The notes under the pieces: model-generated
What the model was told of the DNA's origin: nothing
The model's database searches: none
The model's input: only the letters and a program-made list of their open reading frames with translations
Made by a program: the position numbers and the translations under genes
Shown here: piece by piece, positions 26,869 through 40,030 of the stretch
Position numbering within the stretch: the stretch's first letter is position 1
How the letters are laid out: each line of letters starts with the position of its first letter
DNA from: Macrostomum lignano
Taxonomy: Eukaryota
DNA: 64,000 nt
Direction of reading: 5' to 3'
NCBI GenBank assembly: GCA_002269645.1
Contig: NIVC01002064.1
Span: 124,001 to 188,000, forward strand

Positions 26869-27528
26869 CCACAACAAGCAAGCAGCAGAGATCAAGAATC
26901 CCCGCAGGTCAAGGCTATGAAAACCACTTCCCTAGCTGTTGCCGACTACAAATCGATAATCGTATTTCCCGGAATTCATTCCCCAATACCGTAATCCCTC
27001 CGAGCTGCACAAGCATGCGGAATCTGGGTGAGAGATGAGGCAAGAGAGAGGTCACAGCTGCTGACAGGCTGGACTCCAAGAGAGCAACCATCCCACCAAA
27101 GTGTCACAATACGAGTATGTGCTCAATTTTGCATCGCGGTGTGACACGTGCCGGCTTGCGGCATGGATATGGGGCAGGCTGCGATCTCTGCTATGCCTCT
27201 AAGCATGCAAAGAGTGTTCTCAGATGTGTCTGTCTACACCATGGCTCTCTAGAGCCACCTCAGCATGGCAGAGAGAATTTTTATTTAGCCATCGAAATTC
27301 AATGCCGAAATCAGCTTCACTAAAACGCCATTATCGCCAGTTGGCTTTGTTGATGGGCTATGATTCTTCCTGTCGGGCTTTTTGGCTGATTGCTGCTCTG
27401 CTGCTTGCACCTCGGGAGCTTCAGGCGTTGCTAATCATTCTTCACACAGCATCTTTGTCAGGCCTGCCTCATCGGAGCCTGTGCGTTCTGAGTATTCTTT
27501 TGTAATTTTCTGCAAATGAAACTGTTTT

Positions 27529-27531
27529 CTA

Positions 27532-27609
<78 letters not shown>

Positions 27610-27640
27610 AGATAGATAGATAGATAGATAGATAGTAGAT
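27529..27640 (+). repeat. Compound (CTGT)n-(GATA)n microsatellite
   Basis: Directly visible in the sequence. Confidence 0.95.
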
Positions 27641-27850
27641 AGCGAGAAAGAGCGAGCGAAGCGAGCTCTTTCGAGCTTGCTTGCCGCAGCCAATCAAGCT
27701 GAAAGCACGCACACAAGATCACCGGAAACGATTAAGGCAGCTGGAAAGCCAATGGGCGCGGTAAGCGCTTTTATCCAGAGGAACTACCTGCTGGAACCAG
27801 CCATGCCGAACGAAAATCAGACTACTCAAGTAGTGCAAAAGAGTACGTGC

Positions 27851-28282
<432 letters not shown>

Positions 28283-28816
28283 GTGGTGAAGCAATACTGC
28301 ATTAGAAAAGTACATTCAGAGTCTGCATCACAAAGCATGCACTTTGCACCAGCCATTAGCCCTATTAGATTATCCTAAGCCAATGTTTCCCACAGTGAAG
28401 CAGCAATGCAAAAAAGAAACATGCGACCAGAAATGCAGAAGGGAAAGTCTCAAACCGACAGATCGCGGCTTCGCTCCGCTGCTCAGAGCTCTGCAATCAG
28501 CTGACAAATGCATGTCACATCAAGCCAGCCAGACCTTGCGTGTCACACTGAGTGATGGGGAGGGGGATGGCATTTCCCCAGTACGAGCCATGGCGCGCAG
28601 TTAATTTATATCGCCACGTGACTTTCTTATCGCACCTGCTGTCCGGGCAATTTATTAATTTACTGCAAATAAAAATGGGACAGAGCTGCAGCCGGCATCC
28701 CTAATCAGTGCTCAACAGGCCTGCTTGCACCTGTTGATGCGGGCGAGGGGTCCTGATGCGGTGCTTTTTCTGGATTAGAAGGGAAAGGTCAGATTGATTT
28801 GGGCACTAAATATAGG

Positions 28817-29140
28817 CCGGATTAGCAATGCATTGTATTCCTTCATTGATGTTGGCTAGATTAGCAATCCACTCTATTCCTTCATTGATGTTGGCTAGAT
28901 TAGCAATCCACTCTATTCCTTCATTGATATTGGCTAGATTAGCAATCCACTCTATTCCTTCATTGATGTTGGCTAGATTAGCAATCCACTCTATTCCTTC
29001 ATCCATGCAGGCAAGATTAGCAATCCACTCTATTCCTTCATCCACGCAGGCTAGATTAGCAATCCACTCTATTCCTTCATTGATATTGGCTAGATTAGCA
29101 ATCCACTCTATTCCTTCATTGATATTGGCTAGATTAGCAA
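28817..29140 (-). repeat. GGATTGCTAATCTA-core minisatellite, array 3 (39-bp unit, inverted)
   Basis: Plus strand TAGATTAGCAATCCACTCTATTCCTTCATTGATGTTGGC x ~8. Confidence 0.94.
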
Positions 29141-29467
29141 CCCAGCTCAGACACTATCAGTGCAGGGGCACTTGTGCAACAATACTAATATTAAATTTTG
29201 CAGGTGCTCTTTGCTATCAAAATCAGCTGTCGAGCTCGGACTCAAAGTGTTTTCCCGGTTTTTCTTATAAAAGCAGATTCTAGAGCAACACGAATGGCAC
29301 TGCAGGCCTTTGTCCAGGAGGGCCCTAATTGCTTTGTCCGAATTCGGTGCTCGCGTCTGGGCAAAAGCAGATTATTAGAAGATGAAAGAGCGAAGCACAA
29401 ATTGAAGGGGAGACCCGCAGAAAGCGGCTTAGAAAAAGCAGAGGCGCTGCCGGTGATTCGTTCCGAA

Positions 29468-30084
29468 AGGCTGAGACTGAGAAGGCTGAGACTGAGAAGG
29501 CTGAGACTGAGAAGGCTGAGACTGAGAAGGCTGAGACTGAGAAGGCTGAGACTGAGAAGGCTGAGACTGAGAAGGCTGAGACTGAGAAGGCTGAGACTGA
29601 GAAGGCTGAGACTGAGAAGGCTGAGACTGAGAAGGCTGAGACTGAGAAGGCTGAGACTGAGAAGGCTGAGACTGAGAAGGCTGAGACTGAGAAGGCTGAG
29701 ACTGAGAAGGCTGAGACTGAGAAGGCTGAGACTGAGAAGGCTGAGACTGAGAAGGCTGAGACTGAGAAGGCTGAGACTGAGAAGGCTGAGACTGAGAAGG
29801 CTGAGACTGAGAAGGCTGAGACTGAGAAGGCTGAGACTGAGAAGGCTGAGACTGAGAAGGCTGAGACTGAGAAGGCTGAGACTGAGAAGGCTGAGACTGA
29901 GAAGGCTGAGACTGAGAAGGCTGAGACTGAGAAGGCTGAGACTGAGAAGGCTGAGACTGAGAAGGCTGAGACTGAGAAGGCTGAGACTGAGAAGGCTGAG
30001 ACTGAGAAGGCTGAGACTGAGAAGGCTGAGACTGAGAAGGCTGAGACTGAGAAGGCTGAGACTGAGAAGGCTGAGACTGAGAAG
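29468..30084 (+). repeat. 15-bp minisatellite (AGGCTGAGACTGAGA)n
   Basis: About 41 perfect copies. Confidence 0.98.
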
Positions 30085-30222
30085 ACTTCTATTTGTAAGT
30101 CTTTTAGTGACGTCACTTTTGCCTACTTTATATTCTATGGCAAGACTTGGCTTGAGGGTGCTTGGCTCGGGGGCTGTACATGAAAATTGGCTGACGGGTT
30201 GTCGTGCGATTCGCAGCCATGA

Positions 30223-30621
<399 letters not shown>

Positions 30622-30834
30622 TAGGGCGCTGTTAAGCCGGTACGCGCCTATGATAGTGCGCACTTTATAGGGCGCCCCTTCTCCCCCTAGTAGCTAGACA
30701 CTTTCCTAGGAATCTTATTAAAGGCAAAGATAGCAGATAGTTGAGTTTTTAACTCAATATCAATTGAATTGAATTGTAGATTGACACATTAAGCGACTCG
30801 AGAGAGAATGGATAGTTCCTGCAAGTTCCGCAGT

Positions 30835-31088
30835 CAAGGCTTACTGGGGGGAATTGCTGAGATGTCAAGGCTTACAGGGTGGAATTGCTGAGATGTCAAG
30901 GCTTACAGGGGGAATTGCTGAGATGTCAAGGCTTACCGGGTGGAATTGATGAGATGTCAAGGCTTACAGGGGGAATTGCTGAGATGTCAAGGCTTACCGG
31001 GTGGAATTGCTGAGATGTCAAGGCTTACCGGGTGGAATTGATGAGATGTCAAGGCTTACAGGGTGGAATTGCTGAGATGTCAAGGCTT
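30835..31088 (+). repeat. ~30-bp minisatellite (GGAATTGCTGAGATGTCAAGGCTTACAGGG(T))n
   Basis: About 8 copies. Confidence 0.93.
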
Positions 31089-31178
31089 AGAGGTCGGAAG
31101 CTACTGGTACATGTAGTTTATTCAAAAGTTTTATTTCATTCTTTTTTGGGTCCCCAACGGGGGGGCGCTGCTTGCTAG

Positions 31179-31331
31179 TGCCTACCGATAAATAAAGTTA
31201 GGGCCGCTGTACACTCCTGTGTGAGTGTGCGCCTGCTCACTGTGCTCAGGGGAGTCGGTGAAATGGGCAGTTATGCCTCTCGCCGGTTGTGTGACAATGT
31301 CGCTTAAGTGCGCCATAGGGTGCACACAGCC
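31179..31331 (+). mobile_element. Dispersed repeat: headless copy of SINE-like family B
   Basis: TGCCTACCGATAAATAAAGTTAG...GGGAGTCGG...TGCCTCTCGCCGGTTGTG.GACAATGTCGC...GGGTGCACACAGCC matches the reverse complement of 49460-49643. Confidence 0.6.
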
Positions 31332-31536
31332 TCTGCCTCTATAAATAGGTGATATGTTGGGAATTCAATTGCAAAAAATGCATTTCGCAGCGTCTAGGGA
31401 ATTCGCACGCACGATTTGCCAGTGTAGCGATCTTCTGCTTCAGTTGACCGAGTTCTCAGACAAAACTCTTGATCACGTCGAGATGTTGCTTACAAAGTCC
31501 CACAGTTAATACACAAAACAATTTGCACAGACTCAC

Positions 31537-31792
31537 TGGAAAACGCGTTGGAGATGTTGTTCAGCGGCAGGCAGAAAATCGCCATTAGAATGTCCGCTGT
31601 GCTCAAATTGCAGATAAAATAATTTATAGTTGTGTGCATCGATGGTATACGATACACGGTTGCTATGACAACGAAGTTGCCAATCAGAGACAACAGGAAC
31701 ACTAGGGCATAGGCCGCTGTGATGACCACCAGAACTTCTGTGCTGAGCTTCACCTCCCAGAACGGCACCGCAGGCAGAGTCAGGTTCTCCAT
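31537..31792 (-). CDS. Neuropeptide GPCR (SIFamide/NPFF receptor-like) exon 1/5 (N-terminus, TM1-TM2)
   Basis: MENLT (sequon)...YALVFLLSLIGN...MHTTINYFICNLSTADIL..FCLP; donor A|GTGAGT phase 1. Model complement(join(14783..15034,15744..15999,18461..18781,19476..19575,31537..31792)) = 1185 nt, 394 aa, all phases consistent. An upstream in-frame ATG at 31951 is possible. Confidence 0.92.
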
Positions 31793-32024
31793 ATCCTGCT
31801 TCAGTGACTGCTCGGTAAGCCAGAATCGGGAGCGATGTGGGCTGAGAGTCAAGCAGCGAGAACAGATTGTCAGTTTTGTAGCTGCAATGCTTATTGGAAC
31901 CGGCCTTATCTGCGTCGGCCAATCAGATTCGCGTGGAATTGCGCGGTCCATTGAAAGACATCGCTTCCGGGTGCTTCCCTCTTTGCTGTGGGATTTTCTT
32001 AATGGTCTTTATGGAACTAGCCTA

Positions 32025-33075
32025 TCTCACCCACACTCACACCTGAGATCTACGCACACTCTCACCTGAGATCTCACCCACACTCTCACCTGAGATCTCA
32101 CCCACACTCTCACCTGCGATCTCACCCACAATCTCAACTGCGATCTCACCCACAATCTCACCCGAGATCTAACCGCAATCTCAACCGAGATCTACCCACA
32201 CTGTCACCCGAGATCTACCCACAATCTCACCCGAGATCTACCCACACTCTCATCTGAGATCTGCCCACACTCTCACCCGAGATCTACCCACACTCTCACC
32301 CGAGATCTACCCACACTCTTATCTGAGATCTGCCCACAATCTCACCCAAGATCAACCCACACTCTCACCCGAGATCTACCCACAATCTCACCCGAGACCT
32401 ACCCACACTCTCACCCGAGATCTACCCACACTCTCATCTGAGATCTGCTCACACTCTCACCCGAGATCTACCCACACTCTCACCCGAGATCCACCCACAC
32501 TCTCACCCGAGATCAACCCACACTCTCATCTGAGATCAACCCACAGTCTCACCCGAGATCAACCCACAGTCTCACCCGAGATCTACTTACAATCTCACCC
32601 GAGATCTACCCACAGTCTCACCCGAGATTTACCCGTAATCTCTACCGATATCTGCCCACACTCTCACCCGAGATCTACCCACAATCTCACCCGAGATCTA
32701 CCCACACTCTCACCCGAGATCTATCCACAATCTCACCCGAGATCTACCCACACTCTCACCCGAGATCTACCCACACTCTCACCCGAGATCTACCCACACT
32801 CTCACCCGAGATCTACCCACACTCTCACCCGAGATCTACCCACAGTCTCACCCGAGATCAACCCACAATCTCACCCGAGATCTACCCACACTCTCACCCG
32901 AGATCTACCCACACTCTCACCCGAGATCTACCCACACTCTCACCCGAGATCTATCCACACTCTCACCCGAGATCTACCCACACTCTCACCCGAGATCTAC
33001 CCACAGTCTCACCCGAGATCTACCCACAATCTCACCCGAGATCAACCCACACTCTCACCCGAGATCTACCCACAC
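32025..33075 (+). repeat. 23-bp minisatellite (CTCACCCGAGATCTACCCACACT)n
   Basis: About 45 copies just upstream of GPCR exon 1. Confidence 0.96.
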
Positions 33076-33589
33076 TGATTTCACCTACACTGCCGAAACT
33101 GGTGTGCCAGCGCTCCAGTATTCCGAATCCCTCCGAAATAATCTGCTAGGAGTTCGCAAAAATGAACCACCTAATCCCTCACAGATTAGAACGGACTCAG
33201 CCTTTTCAATTGAGGCTCAATCCGCTATAGGGGCCGATTGCAATGCCAGAATTCCTAGAAATAGTGATTGACTGCCAGCCCTTATTCGCGTTACTAATTT
33301 ATCCCCGAAATGGCCACTGCGATGGGATTTTTTCGGGATTGCAGACCGGAATAAACATTCGCGACACCGTCAGAGGACAGCGAGCTGAGGCGTGAAGCGA
33401 AATGTGATAATTGAATTTGCCAATATAAATTTAGCAATATCTGTATAAATTCTTTTGTCAGTGTGCAGCGTTGCTCTGCATGAGCAGTTTGCACTTCTTT
33501 CAGGCATAATTATTTCTGAGCCTCATTGCGGAAAATCTGCATCCAGACACTCATCGCACTGCCTGAGACCAGGAGAGACCAGGAACCAC

Positions 33590-33990
33590 CTCAGCCCACA
33601 CCAGTGACCCCACAGTCCCCTCATCAACCACCAGTGACCCCACAGTCCTCTCAGCAACCACTCGTGACCCCACAGTCCCCTCAGCAACCACTCGTGACCC
33701 CATAGTCCCCTCAGCAACCACTCGTGACCCCACAGTCCTCTCAGCAACCACTCGTGACCCCACAGTCCTCTCAGCAACCACTCGTGACCCCACAGTCCTC
33801 TCATCAACCACCAGTGACCCCACAGTCCTCTCAGCAACCACTCGTGACCCCACAGTCCTCTCAGCAACCACTCGTGACCCCACAGTCCTCTCAGCAACCA
33901 CTCGTGACCCCACAGTCCTCTCAGCAACCACCCGTGACCCCACAGTCCCATCAGCAACCACCCGTGACCCCACAGTCCCCTCAGCAACCT
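33590..33990 (+). repeat. 30-bp minisatellite (GTGACCCCACAGTCCTCTCAGCAACCACTC)n
   Basis: About 13 copies. Confidence 0.96.
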
Positions 33991-34396
33991 CCAGAGATGG
34001 CACACAGGTTTTCAAACTGCGAGTAAAAAACTTCTCTGCAGCCTAATCAGACAACTCAAGATCGAACCTTGAAATAAGATACTCGCAAGCCACTGACAAG
34101 TTGTCAGTTTTTTTCTAAGAAAATCCCATACCAGGCTCAATTGCATAGTGTTAAAACTGTCAATAGATTTCAGACCGTCGGATGGACCGTGTGATCGGCA
34201 CGAAGCTGTTCTCAGGTGTTCAAACTCAAGACAACTAGATGAAGCTGTGCAAATTTGAATCTGGAAACAGAACCTGATAGCACTCATTTGCTGCCGTGCT
34301 TTTTTGTAGAATTGGAACACGAACTGCAAGCAATCTGATTATTTAAATACAGATTGTTAACATGCTCATTGTCGTTGTCTGGCAAAATAAACAGCC

Positions 34397-34410
34397 GTTG
34401 CTATAGTAAC
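34397..34410. promoter_or_regulatory. RFX X-box-like dyad GTTGCTATAGTAAC
   Basis: Matches GTHNYY-AT-RRNAAC; lies between the divergent GPCR and WS/DGAT-like genes. A chance match is not negligible (rough estimate ~0.2 per window). Confidence 0.35.
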
Positions 34411-34914
34411 CGAGGTCAACGGTATTTGGCGAACCGTGTCTCGACCAAATCGGTTGATTTTTTTTTCGAAAAACCGAATTTGAAAGCTTGAAAAAATATT
34501 ACTAGCTAAAATCACACTACTCTACTTTCTGCCAGATAGTAGTATCGTTGGGGCATATGTATTTAAATTTGCAGTACGCAGTAAAGCTGCAATAAAAATA
34601 CAATACTCGTATATGCAATATAAAAAAATTTCGCAGAAGCAGAAAATCACTACACTCGCAAGCCGTGCAGATTGCGCTGGGGTGGTTTTCTGCTGCAAAA
34701 TGCACTGCCGAGATTATGAATTTTCTGTTTCTTAGCCCTGAATTCCTAATATCCCACCCTCACAATTTTACTAAACTATTTTTCTATGAAATGCCATCAG
34801 AAACCGGCAGGCAAGCAAAGTTCCGGGTGAAATTTCCAATTTTGATTTTAACTGTCCTTCACATGCAATATTTCCTAATTGAAGAGGGAACTAGAGCATA
34901 TTTAAGTGGTTGAA

Positions 34915-36040
34915 ATGGATTGCTAAACTAGCCTACATATACGATGGATTGCTAATATAGTCGACTAGGATGATGGATTAGAATAGATAGCTAATCTAGC
35001 CTACATCTATGATGGATTGCTAATCTAGCCTACATCTATGATGGATGGCTAATCTAGCCTACATCTATGATGGATTGCCAATCTAGCCTACATCTATGAT
35101 GGATTGCTAATCTAGCCTACATCTATGATGGATTGCTAATCTAGCCTACATCTATGATGGATTGCTAATCTAGCCTACATCTATGATGGATTGCTAATCT
35201 AGCCTACATCTATGATGGATTGCTAATCTAGCCTACATCTATGATGGATTGCTAATCTAGCCTACATCTATGATGGATTGCTAATCTAGCCTACATCTAT
35301 GATGGATTGCTAATCTAGCCTACATCTATGATGGATTGCTAATCTAGCCTACATCTATGATGGATTGCTAATCTAGCCTACATCTATGATGGATTGCTAA
35401 TCTAGCCTACATCTATGATGGATTGCTAATCTAGCCAACTGGAATGATGGATTGCTAATCTAGCCAACTGGAATGATGGATTGCTAATCTAGCCAATTAG
35501 TTTGATGGATTGCTAATCTAGCCAACTGGAATGATGGATTGCTAATCTAGCCAACTGGAATGATGGATTGCTAATCTATCCAACTGGAATGATGGATTGC
35601 TAATCTAGCCAACTGGAATGATGGATTGCTAATCTAGCCAACTGGAATGATGGATTGCTAATCTAGCCAACGAGTTTGATGGATTGCTAATCTAGCCAAC
35701 GAGTTTGATGGATTGCTAATCTAGCCAACTGGAATGATGGATTGCTAATCTAGCCAACTGGAATGATGGATTGCTAATCTAGCCAACTGGAATGATGGAT
35801 TGCTAATCTAGCCAACTGGAATGATGGATTGCTAATCTAGCCAACGAGTTTGATGGATTGCTAATCTAGCCAACGAGTTTGATGGATTGCTAATCTAGCC
35901 AACGAGTTTAATGGATTGCTAATCTAGCCAACGAGTTTAATGGATTGCTAATCTAGCCAACGAGTTTAATGGATTGCTAATCTAGCCAACGAGTTTGATG
36001 ATTTCTTAACCTACTCAACAAGGATGATGGATTGCTAGCC
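34915..36040 (+). repeat. GGATTGCTAATCTA-core minisatellite, array 4 (29-bp unit, segmented subtypes)
   Basis: Subtypes ...GCCTACATCTATGAT, ...GCCAACTGGAATGAT and ...GCCAACGAGTTTGAT occur in blocks. Confidence 0.97.
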
Positions 36041-37025
36041 TACGAGTGATTAGAATTAATGCAGTCCAGCTATAGTTTCCTAAAGCCAGACAAGCCGATC
36101 AAATGCGCCACGCGCTGCAATTTTATGTGGGGTGGCAGCTGACTGACTGACAGAATGCCCAAGTGAGCGAGATTGAGTTGCAGAGCAAGCAACATAGGCA
36201 GCTGACGGAGGCGCAGCCTGTGGATCCCATGGAGTGGCTAGTGAGTGGTGTATAACGGATACACAACCAAGACCGTAGCCCGCACAGATCACGCCATGCC
36301 CCTCCCCCACCCAGCCAGGCAGGGACCTCCAGCCCTCCATGCGCACCCATTGGTTTCTCCAGTTGATGCGGAACTGGAGGATGAGGTGAGGGAGGAAGAG
36401 GGGACTGCCCCTGCGTGTGTGCCTCCCGCTTGCCATGCGGTGGAACAGGGAGCCGTGGGGATGCGACATGCAAATTGACCCCCTGGCGCTACCCCAGCCC
36501 TCCCTCACGACCTCCCCGTCCTCCCCCGCAGTCCTAAGCTCGACTTGTGTTTTTCGTACACCAGCCACCCCCCGCCTCTCTCTCTGCCCGGCTCTGCATC
36601 AACCGACCCCCCCCCCGGCGACCCCCAGCCGTTTCCTCTCCGCCCTACGCGCGGCATCATTTCTCCCAGATATCCCAGCGTCTTCTCTTACCCTTCGTCT
36701 CCTCATCCTCTGCTTCATCTCCCAGCATCTCCCCAGCTCCGACACACTTTTCCCTTCGGCCCGCTGCTTCCTCATCCTCCTTCGCTTCCTAGCAAACTCC
36801 CCACCAAAAGAAACGCGTTTTATCCCAATTCAACTACGAGCGTAGAGGCAAGGCAAGATTTCGCTCTCTTAAAGTCCCGGAATCTCCCAGTCAGCCCAGA
36901 TTCAACAAAGTTCAGTCGATCGGCCTTGGGTTGCCGGCGCCAATCTGCCTTCTTCTCGTCTCTCTACTGTCGATGCCCGACGCTGACGGGCAGCTCGACA
37001 GGCACCGCGGCGGCGGCCGAGTCGG

Positions 37026-37760
37026 ATGTCCCGTCTAGCGTCGGCCGCATCGGCGTCGGATTCGACTGTCGACGCGACAAAACCATTGTGGACAGAGCCG
37101 GAGCGGATCAACGGCGCCGGTGGAGGAGGAGCTCCTTATCAACATCGCCGTCTTCAACAAGAATTCGTTGACGAAGTTGACCAGCTGGACGGCGAGACGG
37201 CGGCGGCAGCGGCGGCGGTGGCGGCGGAGACAACAGATCCTGCAGAGCTCGGCGAGGATGACTTGGAGACCTACGTCGCCGAGGAGGACGAAGCCGACGA
37301 AGAAATTGACGACGAGGAGGACGCCGAGGAGGAAGAGGAGCTGATGAACGGCGGCGGGCTCGGGCTGCACTACCCGACTCTGTCCGAGCCGTGCAGCGTC
37401 CGGCACCCCACCGAGCAGAACCCGGCAGCCGAGCTCTGCAGCTGGGTGCTGCGCTACGCCGGCCTGTCGCTCCTCTGCCTGCCGCTGCTGGCGCTGGCCT
37501 GCATGGCCTGCCTGCCGCTGGCCTGCCTCCGACTGGCTGCCGGCGCGTTCGGCAAGACTCCGCTGAGCCACAGGGAGCTCGCCTGGTTCCGCCGGGACGC
37601 CAGAGCCGTTGTAGCTCGACTGGACGTGCGAAATAACGGCGGCAGTACCGGCGGCGGTCTGACGCTGGCTCGGCTGCGTCAGCTGGTCGGCCAACGAGTG
37701 ATCGGCGCCGAGGATAAATCTGGCGAGAGGCGCTATCCAAGATTTAGCCAGCGTGTCGAG
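37026..37760 (+). CDS. WS/DGAT-family acyltransferase-like protein, exon 1/2
   Basis: ATG37026; acidic D/E tract, Cys-rich hydrophobic segment, LSHRELAWF, RYPRFSQRVE; donor GAG|GTCTGT phase 0 (245 codons). Confidence 0.82.
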
Positions 37761-37794
37761 GTCTGTTGGGACGGCTGGTTGGCTGTGCAGGGGG

Positions 37795-38180
37795 AGCGAG
37801 GTGGCTGTGTACGGGGAGTGAGGTGGCTGTGCAGGAGGAGTGGGGTGGCTGTGTACGGGGAGTGAGGTGGCTGTGCAGGAGGAGTGGGGTGGCTGTGTAG
37901 GGGGAGTGGGGGGTTTCCAGGGGGAGTGAGGTGGCTGTGCAGGAGGAGTGAGGTGGCTGTGCAGGAGGAGTGAGAGTGGCTGTGCAGGAGGAGTGAGGTG
38001 GCTGAGCAGGAGGAGTGAGGTGGCTCTGCAGGAGGAGTGAGAGTGGCTGTGCAGGAGGAGTGAGAGTGGCTGTGCAGGAGGAGTGAGAGTGGCTGTGCAG
38101 GAGGAGTGAGAGTGGCTGTGCAGGAGGAGTGAGAGTAGCTGTGCAGGAGGAGTGAGAGTGGCTGTGCAGGAGGAGTGAGG
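37795..38180 (+). repeat. 22/23-bp minisatellite (GAGTGGCTGTGCAGGAGGAGTGA)n
   Basis: Fills most of the WS/DGAT-like intron. Confidence 0.94.
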
Positions 38181-38279
38181 CGGTTTCCAGGGGGAGTTGG
38201 GTGGCGGAAAGAATACGATGGTTTCAGTGTGTTAGAAACTTTTTTAAACCTTTTCTACCACCTATATTACCGATTGCAG

Positions 38280-39410
38280 GACACCTGCGCAGGCCCAGTT
38301 TGGGCAACCGACACCACCTTCAGCTTAGATGATCATGTCCGCGAGATCCAACCGCGACTGCGCGGCCCCGCCGACCTGTCCGCCTTCTTGGCCTCGGCGA
38401 CGGCTCGCCCGTTCGCACGCGACCGCCCGCTCTGGGAGCTGCAGTTCCAGGCCGCCTACGGTTCGGCGGGCGACGCCCTGCTGGTCTACAGGCAGCACCC
38501 GAGCTTCGCCGACGGCCTCAGCATGACCCGCTTGCTGTCCGGCGCTCTCTGCGACTCGCCAGCACACGATGTGGCGTCCACGTTGGCGACAAATTCGGCA
38601 GCAACCTCGGCAGCGGCGGCGCAGCAGCCCGGAGTCACAGCGGCCGGCCTGCTCGAGGAGGCCCGCTGCCTCTTCCTGGCGCCATCGGTGCTGCTGCTGC
38701 ACTACCTGCTGGGCCGGCCGGACTGCAACCCACTGCACGGCGGCCCGCAGAGGTTGGCCAGGCGGCGGCGGCCGGCGCAGCTTCGGGCGAGTCTCGACGC
38801 CCGCCAGGTGTGGCGCGTCCGCCAGGTGACTCGGACCAGCCTTAATGATGCCTGCCTGCTGCTGCTGACCGGGGCGCTGCGCTCCTACAATCAGCTGCTG
38901 GGCCTGCCGCACCCGCCCGACTGCCGCGCCGCCCTGGCTGTCGACCTTGGCGGTGGCGAGGCCGCCGGCCGCCTGGGCAGTCGCTACGCGCTGTCCACTG
39001 TGCGGCTGCCAGTCAGCGTCGAAGGCATGCTGCCGCAGCTCTGGCAGCTTCGGGCTCGCCTCGCCGAACTCCGAGCCGAGGCCCGGTTTCGCGCTGTCCG
39101 CCTGGTGGACTCGCTGATGTTCTGCGCTCTGCCGGCCGGCTTGGCCAGCCGGGCTGTCCGGCTGCACACGGACAGGGCCAGCTGCTTGGCGCTGTGCCTG
39201 CCCGGCCCGGCCGGCCCGCTGTGGCTGGACGGCTGTCCGGTTGACGGCGTCTGCTTCTGGTTCCCCGCGTCCGAGCCCGTCCGGCTGTCCGTGACATTCT
39301 ATTCTTATTCGGACAGCCTATCCGTCTGCCTGTCGGCTAGCCAGTCTGTCCGGTGTCCGCGCCTGCTCATCCGCTGCATGCGGGCTCAGGTCTGTGACTT
39401 GGTAGCCTGA
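38280..39410 (+). CDS. WS/DGAT-family acyltransferase-like protein, exon 2/2
   Basis: Acceptor TTGCAG|GAC phase 0; W..D..FSLDDHV, PFARDRPLWE, YRQHPSFADG (HHxxxDG position), TSLND..L, SVTFYSY C-terminal domain. join(37026..37760,38280..39410) = 621 aa. Confidence 0.88.
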   Translation, partial: DTCAGPVWATDTTFSLDDHVREIQPRLRGPADLSAFLASATARPFARDRPLWELQFQAAYGSAGDALLVYRQHPSFADGLSMTRLLSGALCDSPAHDVASTLATNSAATSAAAAQQPGVTAAGLLEEARCLFLAPSVLLLHYLLGRPDCNPLHGGPQRLARRRRPAQLRASLDARQVWRVRQVTRTSLNDACLLLLTGALRSYNQLLGLPHPPDCRAALAVDLGGGEAAGRLGSRYALSTVRLPVSVEGMLPQLWQLRARLAELRAEARFRAVRLVDSLMFCALPAGLASRAVRLHTDRASCLALCLPGPAGPLWLDGCPVDGVCFWFPASEPVRLSVTFYSYSDSLSVCLSASQSVRCPRLLIRCMRAQVCDLVA

Positions 39411-39411
39411 T

Positions 39412-40030
39412 TAATGACCGATTTCTTGAATGACCAATTTCTTGAATGACCGATTTCTTGAATGACCAATTTCTTGAATGACCGATTTCTTGAATGATCG
39501 ATTTCTTGAATGATCGATTCTTGAATGACAATTTCTTGAATGACCGATTCTTGAATGACCGATTCTTGAATGACCAATTTCTTGAATGACCGATTTCTTG
39601 AATGACCGATTCTTGAATGACCGATTTCTTGAATGACCGATTTCTTGAATGACCGATTTCTTGAATGACCGATTCTTGAATGACCAATTCTTGTATGACC
39701 AATTCTCGAATGACCGATTTCTTGAATGACCGATTTCTTGAATGACCGATTTCTTGAATGACCGATTTCTTGAATGACCGATTTCTTGAATGACCGATTC
39801 TTGAATGACCAATTCTTGTATGACCAATTCTCGAATGACCGATTTCTTAAATGACCGATTTCTTGAATGACCGATTCTTGAATGACCGATTTCTTGAATG
39901 ACCGATTTCTTGAATGACCGATTTCTTGAATGACCGATTTCTTGAATGACCGATTTCTTGAATGACCGATTCTTGAATGACCGATTTCTTGAATGACCGA
40001 TTCTTGAATGACCGATTTCTTATTGAATGA
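39412..40030 (+). repeat. 16/17-bp minisatellite (AATGACCGATT(T)CTTG)n
   Basis: Starts 2 bp after the TGA stop at 39410. Confidence 0.96.

Noticed and set aside
33590-33990. Mucin-like TTRDPTVLSA coding repeat
   Set aside because: All three frames from the nearby acceptor at 33504 hit stops before or at the array; no start or signal peptide.
34915-36040. Repeat-spacer look of the GGATTGCTAATCTA arrays (CRISPR-like)
   Set aside because: Spacers are homogenised in blocks rather than unique, the context is a eukaryotic spliced genome, and there are no cas genes.
37035-39297. Long antisense ORFs over WS/DGAT-like (also over LU, 42393 and PLD) exons
   Set aside because: Expected shadows of GC-rich coding sequence; no independent motifs.
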